Shown: in pieces, positions 37,424-47,767 of the stretch
How positions within the stretch are numbered: position 1 is the first letter of the stretch
Layout: each line of letters starts with the position of its first letter
Assembly: GCA_023150835.1 (NCBI GenBank)
Contig: JAKLKB010000066.1
Coordinates: 1-60,090 of the forward strand
From: Myxococcota bacterium
Lineage (GTDB): Bacteria > Myxococcota_C > UBA6777
Reading direction: 5' to 3'
Length of the DNA: 60,090 bases
The notes under the pieces: model-generated
Seen by the model: only the letters and a program-made list of their open reading frames with translations
What the model was told of the DNA's origin: nothing
Databases searched by the model: none
Program-made: the position numbers and the translations under genes

Positions 37424-39073
37424 ATGCGATTTGTCATGCGCCTACCTGTTCGGCTTGTTGTTTTGTGGATGTTTTCGTGGACGATGGCTTGCAACCAGAC
37501 TCCTTTTCAAATGGAAATTGTTCCCACATTCGGTCAGAGCTTTGCTGATTTGGATGTCTTGTCTTTTCAGATCACAGGGCCTGCTTTAAAAAAGGCGGAA
37601 GGCGGCACGCCCTTGGCCTTTGATGCTTCCGTACAAAGCGGGAAAATGGAGTATCCGAGTATCGTCTTGGATGGCGAATCCAAAGAGAAATGGTTGCGCG
37701 TTCAGGCACTCGGTTTGAATCAGAACTCGAACGTGCAGGCATTCGGGGCAGGCCGATTTGACTTCCCCAACGCAAATCCCTCGGTGTTTCGTATCTTGTT
37801 GAGCCGCACAGATTCTTTTGGTTGGTTGACGCGGATGGATGGCGCACAAAATGGCCGAAGCTCCTTGATCTCCAAGATCGTCGGCCACCAAAGTATGGCT
37901 TTGCCCGATGGTCGCGTGTTGTTGATCGGTGGAGTGACCCAATTTACCGAAGACAACGCGCTCGTGACGCTCGAAGCCCGCGAACATCTGCTCAAGCGAG
38001 TGATGATCTACAACCCCAACGATGGGTCGTTTACAACGTCTGCACAGGAATTTGCCAATCCTCGGGCGTTTCATTCCGCTTCGTGGCTAGACGCAAACCG
38101 CATCCTTGTGGTCGGTGGTATCGGTGTGATCGGAACATCGAGTGGTTTTCAGGTGCAATCGCTCGGTTCTGCCGAGATCGTCGATGTGTCAAATCCCAAC
38201 AGTATCCGCATCGTCGCTGCACCCGATCAACCCAAACGTGCGAGGGCTTTTCATCGCGCAGTCACGCTCTCGGATAGCTCGGTCTTGTTTGTGGGGGGAG
38301 TCGCCAATCCGCTTCTTGGAAGTGACGGGAGCGCACGTCAAGGCCAAGAAGTTTTGTTTTTAGAGATGTTTGACCATTCTTCGGAAAAGTTTATCGAAGT
38401 CGCAAGTGTTTCACCCGACCCGAAGATCGGGCGAGTTTGGCATCGTGCGACGGCCTTTTCGGATGATACGGTCTTGGTGACGGGCGGGCTGCGCATCGAC
38501 GAAAATGGAAAACGCAAAACAGCCGATGAACACTTGCTTTTGAAGCGCAGCGGTACGTCTTGGAATCTCTCCGTGATCGAAGTCGAGAGCGCAGGGGGGC
38601 GCAAGCGCTTCGATCACACCGCAACCCTCGCAAAAGACGGAGACAGCGAGTGGGTGGTCGTGGCTGGAGGCCGCTATATCGAAACCAACGCGATGCTGCG
38701 CCCTTTGGAGATCTGGGACAAGCAAGGCAAATTGGTGACAGGTACCACCAACCTCACCGAAACACGCTACGGTCACGGAGCGATCTGGATCCCCGAGCAA
38801 AAGGAAGTCTTGTTGGGAGGAGGACTTAGCACTTCGAGCGGCGGACTGAAGCCTGTTTTCCAAGGCGAATCTGTGAAGATCCCGAGCTTTGCGGTTGAAT
38901 CACGCCCACAGATCCAAGAAAAAAGTGGTCGTTATCGTTGTGATCCTTTGCGTGTCGACGCGGATGGACGGTCGTTTTGGTTGGGTGGCGCGAACAGCGT
39001 CGGAGACAGTGGCCGTGTGTTTGTGGGCCTTGATACGGGAGAGATCTACACGCCGCGTATCAATGCTCCCTAA
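37424..39073 (+). CDS. Kelch-repeat beta-propeller lipoprotein (start uncertain)
   Basis: Lipobox-like TMAC; repeated R..H.A..L.DG.VL..GG blades. Confidence 0.85.
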   Translation: MRFVMRLPVRLVVLWMFSWTMACNQTPFQMEIVPTFGQSFADLDVLSFQITGPALKKAEGGTPLAFDASVQSGKMEYPSIVLDGESKEKWLRVQALGLNQNSNVQAFGAGRFDFPNANPSVFRILLSRTDSFGWLTRMDGAQNGRSSLISKIVGHQSMALPDGRVLLIGGVTQFTEDNALVTLEAREHLLKRVMIYNPNDGSFTTSAQEFANPRAFHSASWLDANRILVVGGIGVIGTSSGFQVQSLGSAEIVDVSNPNSIRIVAAPDQPKRARAFHRAVTLSDSSVLFVGGVANPLLGSDGSARQGQEVLFLEMFDHSSEKFIEVASVSPDPKIGRVWHRATAFSDDTVLVTGGLRIDENGKRKTADEHLLLKRSGTSWNLSVIEVESAGGRKRFDHTATLAKDGDSEWVVVAGGRYIETNAMLRPLEIWDKQGKLVTGTTNLTETRYGHGAIWIPEQKEVLLGGGLSTSSGGLKPVFQGESVKIPSFAVESRPQIQEKSGRYRCDPLRVDADGRSFWLGGANSVGDSGRVFVGLDTGEIYTPRINAP

Positions 39074-39178
39074 CATCCGTTGGTTTGTTGGTGCAAACGC
39101 CTCGAAGAAGATATCGATGCCTGTAAGGGCATCGTTTGGAAAAGCGCTGCGGCGCAGAGACTAAGAAGGATCTAGTGT

Positions 39179-40756
39179 ATGCGAAGACGTTGGTTTTGGT
39201 TGGTGGGCTTTGTGATGCTTTGGGGTGGAGCTTGTGCGCCCAAAGCAAAGCTACAACTTACGTTGTTCTATCCGTACGGAGATGACGGAAAAGCCGCTTA
39301 TGCGCAGATCAAAGGGTTTCGGATCAAGGTGAGCGGAGCCTCGTTGACGGATGGGCCGGTAAGCGCAGACTTTGACACAACGTCGGGCCTGAGTGCTTCG
39401 GTTCTTGGGGATGTGAAGTGCGGGAAGGAAAAAGCTGAGCAACTCGATCTTCAGGTGCATGGGTTGGATGGTGCAGGAAAGGTCGTTGCGATGGGCCGAC
39501 AAACCATCCTCAATCCTTGCGGGGCCAAGCGCGATTTGAGCGTTTTTGTGGCACCTGTCGAGGTGTTTTCTTCTTTAACGAAGTACGAAGGTGGTGCCAC
39601 CGTTCCTGAGCAGATGCTGAAGGAGCGGGCGGGGCATCAGATGCGTCAGCTTTCGGACGGGCGGCTGTTGATCTCTGGTGGCTTTACGTTCAACGATCAA
39701 GGCGGTGTCGGCGGTGTTTCCAACCGTATTGAGATCTTTGACCCTGAAACGGGCCGCATCTCGGACGGGATACCGATGAGCGAGCCACGTGCTTTTCATT
39801 CGATCACTGTTTCACAAAATACGGTCTTGATCGCGGGCGGTATCAAGTTCGACGACGCCACACAAAAGTTGGTCTCCGTTCGGTCGGTGGATATCTTTGA
39901 ACTGACAGCAGAGGGCCTAACCAAAAAAAGCTCTTTTGAGATGGCGGAACCGAAGGGACTGCATTCTGCGTTGATCACGCCGTCGATGAACCACATCCTG
40001 ATCTTCGGAGGGATCCATTATCAGGCTGATGGCAGCGTGATTATGGCTAAAAAATGGGAGATCTTTGATGTCAAAGGCTCGCCGATCGGTACGGGGGATA
40101 TCCCGCTGGATCAGCAACGTGCGTGGCACAGCGCCACGTTGCTTGGGGATGGGCGGCCCTTTTTTGCGGGCGGAATCAAAGCCAACGCACAAGGTGATCT
40201 GGAAGCGCTGTCTTCGGTGCTTTCGTTGCAGTATTCCAGCGACGACGCTACCGTGACGTTGATCCCGTTGCCAACGCCGCTCAAAGCTGCACGCGCTGCG
40301 CACACGGCCACCAAGCTGCTCGACGGCCAGATCGTGATCGTGGGCGGGATGGTTCCCGAAGCCAAGGACTTTTTGCGGCCCAAGAGTGTGGTCGGTTCGA
40401 TTCAGATGTTCACCGCGCTAGGTGAAGAAAATACCCAATACAACGGCGCGCTCAAACAAGCGCGGGCGTTCCATTCCGCGCATCTGCTCGAAGACGGGCG
40501 TTTGCTGATCTACGGCGGTTCTACGGGAGCCACCAGCCTCGCGGATCGCACAGAGATCTATACCCCCGAAGGATTGGGACTTTCGTCCGATCCGTTGTTG
40601 GTTATGCAACGCAAAGATCGCTTTCTTCATGCTGCAACCGTCCTGCTTAACGGGGCTTTGGTGGTTTTTGGGGGAGCCACCCTCAATCCCGAAGGGCCTT
40701 CTCCTTTCCTTGCGCTTTCACGCGGCGAGGTGTTTTTGCCGCGCCCCAAACCCTGA
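39179..40756 (+). CDS. Kelch-repeat beta-propeller lipoprotein
   Basis: Lipobox-like GGAC; blades RAGHQ..LSDGRLLISGG, RAFHS, RAWHSATLL.DG, RAAHTAT.L.DG. Confidence 0.88.
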   Translation: MRRRWFWLVGFVMLWGGACAPKAKLQLTLFYPYGDDGKAAYAQIKGFRIKVSGASLTDGPVSADFDTTSGLSASVLGDVKCGKEKAEQLDLQVHGLDGAGKVVAMGRQTILNPCGAKRDLSVFVAPVEVFSSLTKYEGGATVPEQMLKERAGHQMRQLSDGRLLISGGFTFNDQGGVGGVSNRIEIFDPETGRISDGIPMSEPRAFHSITVSQNTVLIAGGIKFDDATQKLVSVRSVDIFELTAEGLTKKSSFEMAEPKGLHSALITPSMNHILIFGGIHYQADGSVIMAKKWEIFDVKGSPIGTGDIPLDQQRAWHSATLLGDGRPFFAGGIKANAQGDLEALSSVLSLQYSSDDATVTLIPLPTPLKAARAAHTATKLLDGQIVIVGGMVPEAKDFLRPKSVVGSIQMFTALGEENTQYNGALKQARAFHSAHLLEDGRLLIYGGSTGATSLADRTEIYTPEGLGLSSDPLLVMQRKDRFLHAATVLLNGALVVFGGATLNPEGPSPFLALSRGEVFLPRPKP

Positions 40757-40812
40757 ACCCGCCCAGCCAGATCGCCATCCATCCCACCCCATCGGGATCT
40801 CGGGAGCCGCTC

Positions 40813-43215
40813 TTGAATCTTTCTTTTTTGCAGCTACACAAGCTCTGCACCTATCTTTTGGCCGCCGTGGGGTTTTTGGCGCTTTTGATCCCCCACATCC
40901 TCTCGCCGTTGATGTGGGGGGTCGTGGGGGTGGCCGTGATCGTGAGTTGGCGATTTGAGCCGCCTACGATCCAACATCCTTTTTATCGCCAAACATGGAC
41001 GCAGATCACGGTCGCTCTTTTCGTGGGCAGTTTGTTGTTGACGATGGTTCGGGTGTTTTCTGAGCCGATCGTTGTCGGTGCGTATTTGTTGAGCCTATTG
41101 CAGATCAACAAGCTGTTCAATCGCTCGGAGAGACGGGATTATCTGCATATCTACCTGATCAGCTTTTTGATGCTCACGCTCGGAAGCGTCCTGAACATCG
41201 AGCTTTCGTATGCGATACTCTTCCTGTTGTATGTGGTTTTTGCGACGTGGGCGCTGATGATGCTGCATCTACGGCGTGAATTGGAGGATACGCAGCTTAC
41301 ACGCCACGAAGAAGACTGGGGCGAAGGCGAACAAGTCGGTGTTGCGCAGATCTTGCAATCGCGCTCGTTGATTCGGGGATCTTTGCTTGCGTATACATCG
41401 GTGATGGCGCTGTTGGTCTTTTTGGGCAGCAGCGTGTTTTTTGTGGTCTTTCCGCGTGTGGGCTTTCGGCTGTTTTTTCAGCGAAATAATCCACCCCAAG
41501 CCATCGCAGGATTTTCGGATCGCGTGCGACTCGGTTCGTTTGGGACCATCCAACAAAACCGCAGCGTGGTCTTGCGTGTCGAAGTCTGGGGTGAGTCAGG
41601 GCAGCCGTTGAATCATTACTTTCGCGGCCTTGCGTTTGATTTGTATGATGGTCGTGAGTGGCGGCGTTCTCAGCCCAATGCTCAAAAACAGCTTGTGCAG
41701 TTTGCGGGTGCTTCGGTTGGAGCGTTGTCTTTTGCCTTGAGGCGCTTGTCCGACGAAGAGCGCGAACGCGTCGTCTACCAAGAGATCCACCAAGAGCCGC
41801 TTCCCGTGAATGTCCTCTTTGGCGTCGAGCGACCTTCACGCGTCACAATCCCGTTTTCTTTGCGCGAAGGTCTGCGCAATGCGCCCTCACTTTCGACCGA
41901 TCCCCACAACGACACGCTTTTCTTTTCCTACCCACCCAAAGAACAAAGTGGCTTTCGTTATTATGTCGAGTCTGTTCCGTCGGATTTCTGGCGGTTTCGG
42001 CGGCCCTTGAAACCTGATGCACGAAAGCGGATGTTGCAGCTTTTCACGCAGATGCCCCAAGGGGTTTTTTCGCCCCGCCTCAAAGTCCTCGCAGAACAGA
42101 TCACACGCGGCAAAACAACGGTGCCCGATCGTGCGAGAGCGATCGAAGCCTACCTCCGTAAGACCTACATTTACAGCCTGACCCGCCAACCCGCCCAAGA
42201 AAATCCGCTGGAAGATTTTCTGTTTCGTCAAAAGAGCGGTCATTGCGAGTATTTTTCGACTGCCATGATCATGTTGCTGCGCTCGATCGGTGTCCCTGCG
42301 CGCCAAGTGACGGGTTTTTTGGGGGCTGAGTGGAATCCTTACGGAAACTTCTACGCCGTCCGACAAAGCCATGCGCATTCGTGGGTCGAAGTGCTCGACA
42401 CACGGGCAGGCTGGTATCGCTTCGATCCCACGCCTTACCAAACCATCAACACCACGCAAGGCCGAGCATGGACGGCTTGGGCCGAAGATCGGTTTGATGC
42501 GTTGCGTTTGCAGTGGTACAAGTGGGTGATCGAGTACGATCTCGAAGCGCAGTTGGGCTTTTTGCGCCAGATCGCTGCAACGTTTCGCTCCGCACGCAGC
42601 GCTTGGAGCGGCGAGTCTTCGGGAGGTTCTTCGCTTCGAGATATCTGGCGTACGATCCAGCTTCCTGTGGGGCTGTTGCTTTTGCTCGGTGGACTCGGCT
42701 TTTTCTTTTGGCAAAGACGCTTCCGACGCACACGCACGCTGACCGCACAACAAGCCTTTTCGCGGGTTAGCACCATCTACCTCGCGCTTCTTGATGCCCT
42801 CGAAAAGCGCGGTGTCGCACGTCATCCTGCCGAAACGCAAAAAGCCTTCGCTTCGCGCCTTGTCGCTCTCGCCCAATCTTCCGCCCCTTTGGCTGCTTCT
42901 TCTGTTCTTGACAACAACAAAGATCTCCCAAACAACCCACCTTCCGACCTCTCCACTCCATCGACCGTTTCCCACGAAGAACTACCGACACGGGCCACTT
43001 CCGCCGATTCGACAAAACCATCCGTTCCTACCGACGCAACAAAACACCACGTAACATCCACCCCTTGGTTGGAACCTCCCGTCGCTGCGTTATTTTCAAC
43101 TCTGACAGATCACTACCTTACGTTGCGCTTTGGTCAAGGTGACGTACCCACCGCCGATATCGATGCCCTCGACCGCCAAGCCCAAGCCATCCTTCTACAG
43201 ATCATCCCTCCTTGA
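40813..43215 (+). CDS. Membrane transglutaminase-like protein (TgpA type: DUF3488 + transglutaminase + DUF4129)
   Basis: Multiple N-terminal TMs, FPR, GFSD.V.LG, catalytic GHCEYFSTA, HAHSWVEV, FDPTP. Confidence 0.92.
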   Translation: MNLSFLQLHKLCTYLLAAVGFLALLIPHILSPLMWGVVGVAVIVSWRFEPPTIQHPFYRQTWTQITVALFVGSLLLTMVRVFSEPIVVGAYLLSLLQINKLFNRSERRDYLHIYLISFLMLTLGSVLNIELSYAILFLLYVVFATWALMMLHLRRELEDTQLTRHEEDWGEGEQVGVAQILQSRSLIRGSLLAYTSVMALLVFLGSSVFFVVFPRVGFRLFFQRNNPPQAIAGFSDRVRLGSFGTIQQNRSVVLRVEVWGESGQPLNHYFRGLAFDLYDGREWRRSQPNAQKQLVQFAGASVGALSFALRRLSDEERERVVYQEIHQEPLPVNVLFGVERPSRVTIPFSLREGLRNAPSLSTDPHNDTLFFSYPPKEQSGFRYYVESVPSDFWRFRRPLKPDARKRMLQLFTQMPQGVFSPRLKVLAEQITRGKTTVPDRARAIEAYLRKTYIYSLTRQPAQENPLEDFLFRQKSGHCEYFSTAMIMLLRSIGVPARQVTGFLGAEWNPYGNFYAVRQSHAHSWVEVLDTRAGWYRFDPTPYQTINTTQGRAWTAWAEDRFDALRLQWYKWVIEYDLEAQLGFLRQIAATFRSARSAWSGESSGGSSLRDIWRTIQLPVGLLLLLGGLGFFFWQRRFRRTRTLTAQQAFSRVSTIYLALLDALEKRGVARHPAETQKAFASRLVALAQSSAPLAASSVLDNNKDLPNNPPSDLSTPSTVSHEELPTRATSADSTKPSVPTDATKHHVTSTPWLEPPVAALFSTLTDHYLTLRFGQGDVPTADIDALDRQAQAILLQIIPP

Positions 43216-43258
43216 TTCGCCCTCGTTTTTTCTTCTGTGAGTGTACGTGTGTTTGCCT

Positions 43259-43361
43259 GTTTTTGTGGGGCGCTGCCCCACGCCCCGCAAGGGACTCTCG
43301 CCCCTTGACCCCGTGTTGGCGGAGTGATCCGTCGTTTTTCAAACCAATAACGGTGCCGCTT
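43259..43361 (+). repeat. Repeat family B copy
   Basis: TTTTTGTGGGGCGCTGCCCCACGCCCCGCAAGGG...CCCTTGACCCCG...TTTTTCAAACCAA...CGGTGCCGCTT. Confidence 0.8.
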
Positions 43362-43587
43362 GGGGGAGAGGGTGAATACGCCTTTGTTTCAGCACAAGCC
43401 ACACCATTGTATCCTTTCGATCAGACACGCTTTGGGGGCCGCGAACGTGCCTTTCGAGTGTAAGAAACATCCTGCATACTTTAATCATTAAACGCTGTGT
43501 CGTTTTTCGAGGTACTTGACAAACTTTTCTGTCTTCTTTTCCATGATTCTTTCGTCAAGTCGGTAGGTCGAAGCGTGGGAGAGACTC

Positions 43588-44550
43588 GTGGCACGAAACG
43601 AACAGATGTTGAGGCAATGGCAGATCTTAGTCCGCCTTCAACAAGGCCGTGCTTCGCGTAAGGAATTCGCAAACGAATTTGGCTGCAGCTTCCGAACGAT
43701 TGCGAGGGACATCGATGCGCTGACACCCAATTTTCCGATCTTTGAAGAACAAGAAGGCAACGATATTTTCTACGCCTTTGAGCAGAACTATCGCCTGCCC
43801 GGGGTTTGGTTCACGCCCAAAGAATTGTCTGTTCTTTATCTTGCCCAAAAGTTAATCGCCCATGCAGCAAAAACGTCTTCTTTTTCTGAGGTTTTTAGTG
43901 GGCTATTGGCCAAAATCTCCCGAACACACTCCACCGCCGCGCTTCGCGCAAGCCAACGGCTCCCTCAAGTATACCAAAGCGACTTTTCTTCTCCTGATCC
44001 TCGATCTGATTACACGGAAGAGATCATCCGTGCAGCCCAAGAAGAACGTTGTATCGCCATGATGTATTTTTCTGCTTCCAAAGGAGAAGAAGCACAGCGC
44101 GTTGTGGAGCCGTTTGTTGTGCGTCTGACCATTCAAGGACTTCATCTCATCGCGTTCTGCCGCTTGCGCCAAGAATTTCGCACCTTTACGATCAACCGTA
44201 TTCGGGCGTTGTCTGTGTTGGAGGAAAGGTTCTCTCCAGAAGCACGACGATTCGACTTGCAACGTTACGTCGAAGAAAGCTTTGGTGGACTGCGGAGTGA
44301 ACCCGTGCAGAAAGTTCGATTTCATATCCGCTATCCTACGGCTCATTGGGCAAAAGACTTGTTTTATCATTCAACGCAGGTGATCCAAGAGGTCGAGGAT
44401 GGCATCTTGTTGACTTTTCAGGCGGGTGGGGAAGACGCGATCGTGCGCCGAGCGATCAGCTTGGGGGCGGACTGCGAAGTTCTGGAACCGCCTCTTCTAC
44501 GTCAGCAGGTTGTTGCTAAAGCGATGCAGATCTTGGAACGCTATAAATGA
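43588..44550 (+). CDS. HTH-WYL-WCX transcriptional regulator preceding the cas operon
   Basis: wHTH (FANEFGCSFRTIARDIDAL), WYL core (RVVEPF...LIAFCRLRQEFRTFTINRI), WCX tail (EVLEPPLLR). Confidence 0.92.
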   Translation: MARNEQMLRQWQILVRLQQGRASRKEFANEFGCSFRTIARDIDALTPNFPIFEEQEGNDIFYAFEQNYRLPGVWFTPKELSVLYLAQKLIAHAAKTSSFSEVFSGLLAKISRTHSTAALRASQRLPQVYQSDFSSPDPRSDYTEEIIRAAQEERCIAMMYFSASKGEEAQRVVEPFVVRLTIQGLHLIAFCRLRQEFRTFTINRIRALSVLEERFSPEARRFDLQRYVEESFGGLRSEPVQKVRFHIRYPTAHWAKDLFYHSTQVIQEVEDGILLTFQAGGEDAIVRRAISLGADCEVLEPPLLRQQVVAKAMQILERYK

Positions 44551-44711
44551 AAGAAAAATGATCATATTTTTCAAAGAACTAATCGCTTTGTAAAAATTTG
44601 AGCGAGAGGGCTGACCTCATCTGTCCAACCTCTGTGCTAAAGGTTTCTTGGCAAAGATCGTGTGGGACTAGATCGCAAAAACTCTTTAAAATAAGGAAGG
44701 AGGACGGTGTG

Positions 44712-45383
44712 GTGACAGGAGAAAAAAGCCAAAAAAGCATCGTGGAGATGGTTTGGTCTGCGCATGGAACCGAAATACCTGCCGATCACGGTTATCCTGT
44801 GTATGGGGCTGTCTCTCGTCATGTTCCTTGGGTTCACGAAAACAAGGAAGCGAGCATTCTGCCTCTTACGGGCCAGCCGATCGGAAACAGGCTGTTGAGC
44901 CTCTCGAAAGACGCTCGTTTTCGTGTGCGTGTGCCCTACGAAGGGGTCGCTGAGATGTACCGATTGTCAGGAAAGCGTCTGGACTTGAACGGCTACTCTG
45001 TTCGTTTGGGGGTTCCTGAACTCTCGCTTTTGCGGGCTTCTCGTTCTCTTTACAGCCGCCTTGTGGTCATTAAAGGCTACACGGAAGAAACCGCTTTTTT
45101 GGAGGCCATCCAACGGCAACTGACGGATATGGGGGTTCTTGAGGCGTCGCCAAGCATTCCGCTACGAACACCTTTCGACGTGGAAAGATTGCGGCAAAAA
45201 GGCTTCGAACCTTCGTTGACCTGCCGCCGAACGTTGCGCGTGAAAAACAAAGAGATCGTTGGTTTTGCTGTGCGTGTAGACAATCTTTCGGACGGCTCTT
45301 CCATACTCTTACAAGCCGCAGGGTTGGGCGGAAAGCGCCTTTTTGGTTGTGGTTGTTTTGTTCCGTTCGTGGAGGGGGCATGA
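44712..45383 (+). CDS. cas6: Type I-MYXAN Cas6 (Cmx6) crRNA endoribonuclease
   Basis: IPADHGY.VYGAVS, L.SRLVVIKG, Gly-rich loop GLGGKRLFGCG. RBS AGGAGG before GTG (44709 or 44712). Confidence 0.93.
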   Translation: MTGEKSQKSIVEMVWSAHGTEIPADHGYPVYGAVSRHVPWVHENKEASILPLTGQPIGNRLLSLSKDARFRVRVPYEGVAEMYRLSGKRLDLNGYSVRLGVPELSLLRASRSLYSRLVVIKGYTEETAFLEAIQRQLTDMGVLEASPSIPLRTPFDVERLRQKGFEPSLTCRRTLRVKNKEIVGFAVRVDNLSDGSSILLQAAGLGGKRLFGCGCFVPFVEGA

Positions 45384-47767
45384 GTCAGCGTTTTTCTTAT
45401 CCCCGCTTGCTTGCGAAGTCTTCGCTCACTCCAGATGTTCCCCATGAAAAAGAGACACTTGTGGGCCATACGCGTGATGTGGTTCTTTCCGCGAAAGCGA
45501 TCGCAGAAATCGTCGGAGAGAAGGCCGTTGTGGGACTTGGTCTGCCCAAACACTTCATCGAGAAGCTGTCGGAGGTTTTGCCTCTGAGCGCAGCGATCCA
45601 CGATCTCGGAAAGGCCAATCATCAATTTCAGCGGATGGTTCGGCAAAAACAAGGCGAGAGAAATCTTCAAGCCTTCCGCCACGAAAAAATTAGCGTCTAC
45701 TTGTTGGGCCGTTTTCCTTCTCTCTACGAATGGTTTTTTGAAGACAAAGAGCCGCTGTACCGGTACGCTGTCATATTTTCTGTTTTGGGACACCATCTTA
45801 AAACAGAAGACACAACCTTCCGAACCCGCGAAGGGACAGGGGATGATCGCGTCGATGTGCTTGTTGAACACCCAGATTTTCGCAGATGTCTCGAACTTTG
45901 CGCAAATGAATTGGGTTTGGGGAGTCTTCCGTCCTTTGGGGCTTCTGGTGCGACTTGCTCGATCGACCTTTTGGATGCAAAGCCCTTGAACGACGCAAGC
46001 AAGATCGCAAAAGAGTTCGAGAGTTGGTGGGGCGAAGAAGCCAACGAAGATCAACGTCTTTTTGTTGCTTTGTGTAAAGCTTTACTCATGGCTTCAGATG
46101 TTGCGGGGTCTATCTTGGGATTGCAGCGCAAAGAAGCTGGGGCGTGGGTTCATGAAGCGCTGTTGTACGTTTGTGAAGAGGGTATGTTAGGTGAAGCCGC
46201 CAAAAAGCGACTCGGTGGTTTTCCTGTTCGGCCTTTTCAAAAAACAATCGCAAGTTGCGCCGTTGAATCGGGTGATGTTGTTTTTGTTCGCGCTGGATGC
46301 GGGAGCGGTAAGACGGCAGGGGCCTATCTTTGGGCAGAGCGCCACGCCGTTGGACGGCAGCTCTTTTTTGCCTATCCCACCACGGGAACTGCGACTCAGG
46401 GATTTGCTGATTATGTCCTACCTTCCGACTTTAGCGATCTTGCGCTGCTCTCTCACGGGCGGCGTGAAGTCGATCTAGAGGCTTTATACGACACAAATGA
46501 TCGCGATCTTGGAGATCGCGATGACCTCCACCGCGTCGAAGCCTTGGAGGTTTGGTATCATCCTTGGATCGTTTGCACGGTCGATCAAGTCCTTGGCCTC
46601 GTGCAAAACCAACGACGCCCTCTCTACGCAAGCCCTGCTTTGATGCGTGGCGCGTTCGTGTTTGATGAGATCCATCTTTACGATCAACGCCTATTTGGCG
46701 CGCTTCTACGTTTCTTAGAGGCTTTCCGTGGAGCGCCGATCTTGTTGATGACTGCCTCCCTTTCTGCCCATCGCCTCGGCAGCATACGCGATCTATTGCA
46801 AAAGCAAGGACGGCACCTCCATCAGATCGAGGGGCCAAAAGAGCGCGAGGAACTCGCACGCTATACCATCGGGCCGATTGTTTTAAAGGAGCCGTGGGAG
46901 CAAGTGGAACAAGCGATCCTCAGTGGCCAAAAAGTGTTGTGGGTTTCAAACACAGTGAGCCGATGCACCGAGATCGCAAAAGAAGCAGCCAAAAAGTTTC
47001 CACCTGAGATCGTTTTGCCCTACCACAGCCGATATCGCTATGTGGATCGTGTTGAACGTCACCAGCGCGTCATCGAGGCTTTCAAGAAAGAAGGGCCTGT
47101 CTTGGCCTGCACCACGCAAGTTTGTGAGGTTTCTTTGGACATCTCCGCCGATCTGTTGATCTCAGATATCGCGCCTGCTTCGGCGCTGATCCAACGGATG
47201 GGCCGATTAAATCGCCGCTCTGAGCCAGAGCGCCCGTTGGGAACAAGGCACGCCGTCTTTGTCGAAGTCGAGAAAACGTTGCCTTACGATGCGGAAGAAC
47301 TAGACCACGCACGTCGCTGGATACAGGAGCTTCTCAAGAAGGGGGGAGAGATCTCGCAGGATGATCTGCGCCGCGCCTTCGAGAGTTGCGAACTCCCGTC
47401 CGAGTTCGTTGCGCAGGTACAGTCCGAGTGGCTCGATCATGGGGGGCGTGCGCAACGTGCGCCTCTTCGCGAGGCAGGCCATACGATCTCCATCTTGCGC
47501 GAAGAAGACTTTTTGCAGCACGTGCAAAACAAAAAAGGCAAGGAAAAAACGAAAGCGATCATTGCTCACACGATACCGATGCCTTTTTGGGAGATCGTCG
47601 AGGAATACCGCACGTGGCCGCGAGAAGGCTCAGCGTTGATCTCGCCAAAAGATCGGGTGGACTACGATAACCAATGGGGTGCAACATGGCAAAAGCAAGA
47701 GCAAAGCAAAAAGCAGAACAAGCCCACAAAAAAGCAGAGCAAGCCTGCGAGATCACCCTCCAATTGA
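45380..47767 (+). CDS. cas3: Cas3 HD nuclease-helicase
   Basis: LVGHT, HDLGKAN, GHH, AGCGSGKT, FDEIH, MTAS, YHSR, QRMGRLNR. ATGA overlap with cas6. Confidence 0.97.
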   Translation: MSQRFSYPRLLAKSSLTPDVPHEKETLVGHTRDVVLSAKAIAEIVGEKAVVGLGLPKHFIEKLSEVLPLSAAIHDLGKANHQFQRMVRQKQGERNLQAFRHEKISVYLLGRFPSLYEWFFEDKEPLYRYAVIFSVLGHHLKTEDTTFRTREGTGDDRVDVLVEHPDFRRCLELCANELGLGSLPSFGASGATCSIDLLDAKPLNDASKIAKEFESWWGEEANEDQRLFVALCKALLMASDVAGSILGLQRKEAGAWVHEALLYVCEEGMLGEAAKKRLGGFPVRPFQKTIASCAVESGDVVFVRAGCGSGKTAGAYLWAERHAVGRQLFFAYPTTGTATQGFADYVLPSDFSDLALLSHGRREVDLEALYDTNDRDLGDRDDLHRVEALEVWYHPWIVCTVDQVLGLVQNQRRPLYASPALMRGAFVFDEIHLYDQRLFGALLRFLEAFRGAPILLMTASLSAHRLGSIRDLLQKQGRHLHQIEGPKEREELARYTIGPIVLKEPWEQVEQAILSGQKVLWVSNTVSRCTEIAKEAAKKFPPEIVLPYHSRYRYVDRVERHQRVIEAFKKEGPVLACTTQVCEVSLDISADLLISDIAPASALIQRMGRLNRRSEPERPLGTRHAVFVEVEKTLPYDAEELDHARRWIQELLKKGGEISQDDLRRAFESCELPSEFVAQVQSEWLDHGGRAQRAPLREAGHTISILREEDFLQHVQNKKGKEKTKAIIAHTIPMPFWEIVEEYRTWPREGSALISPKDRVDYDNQWGATWQKQEQSKKQNKPTKKQSKPARSPSN

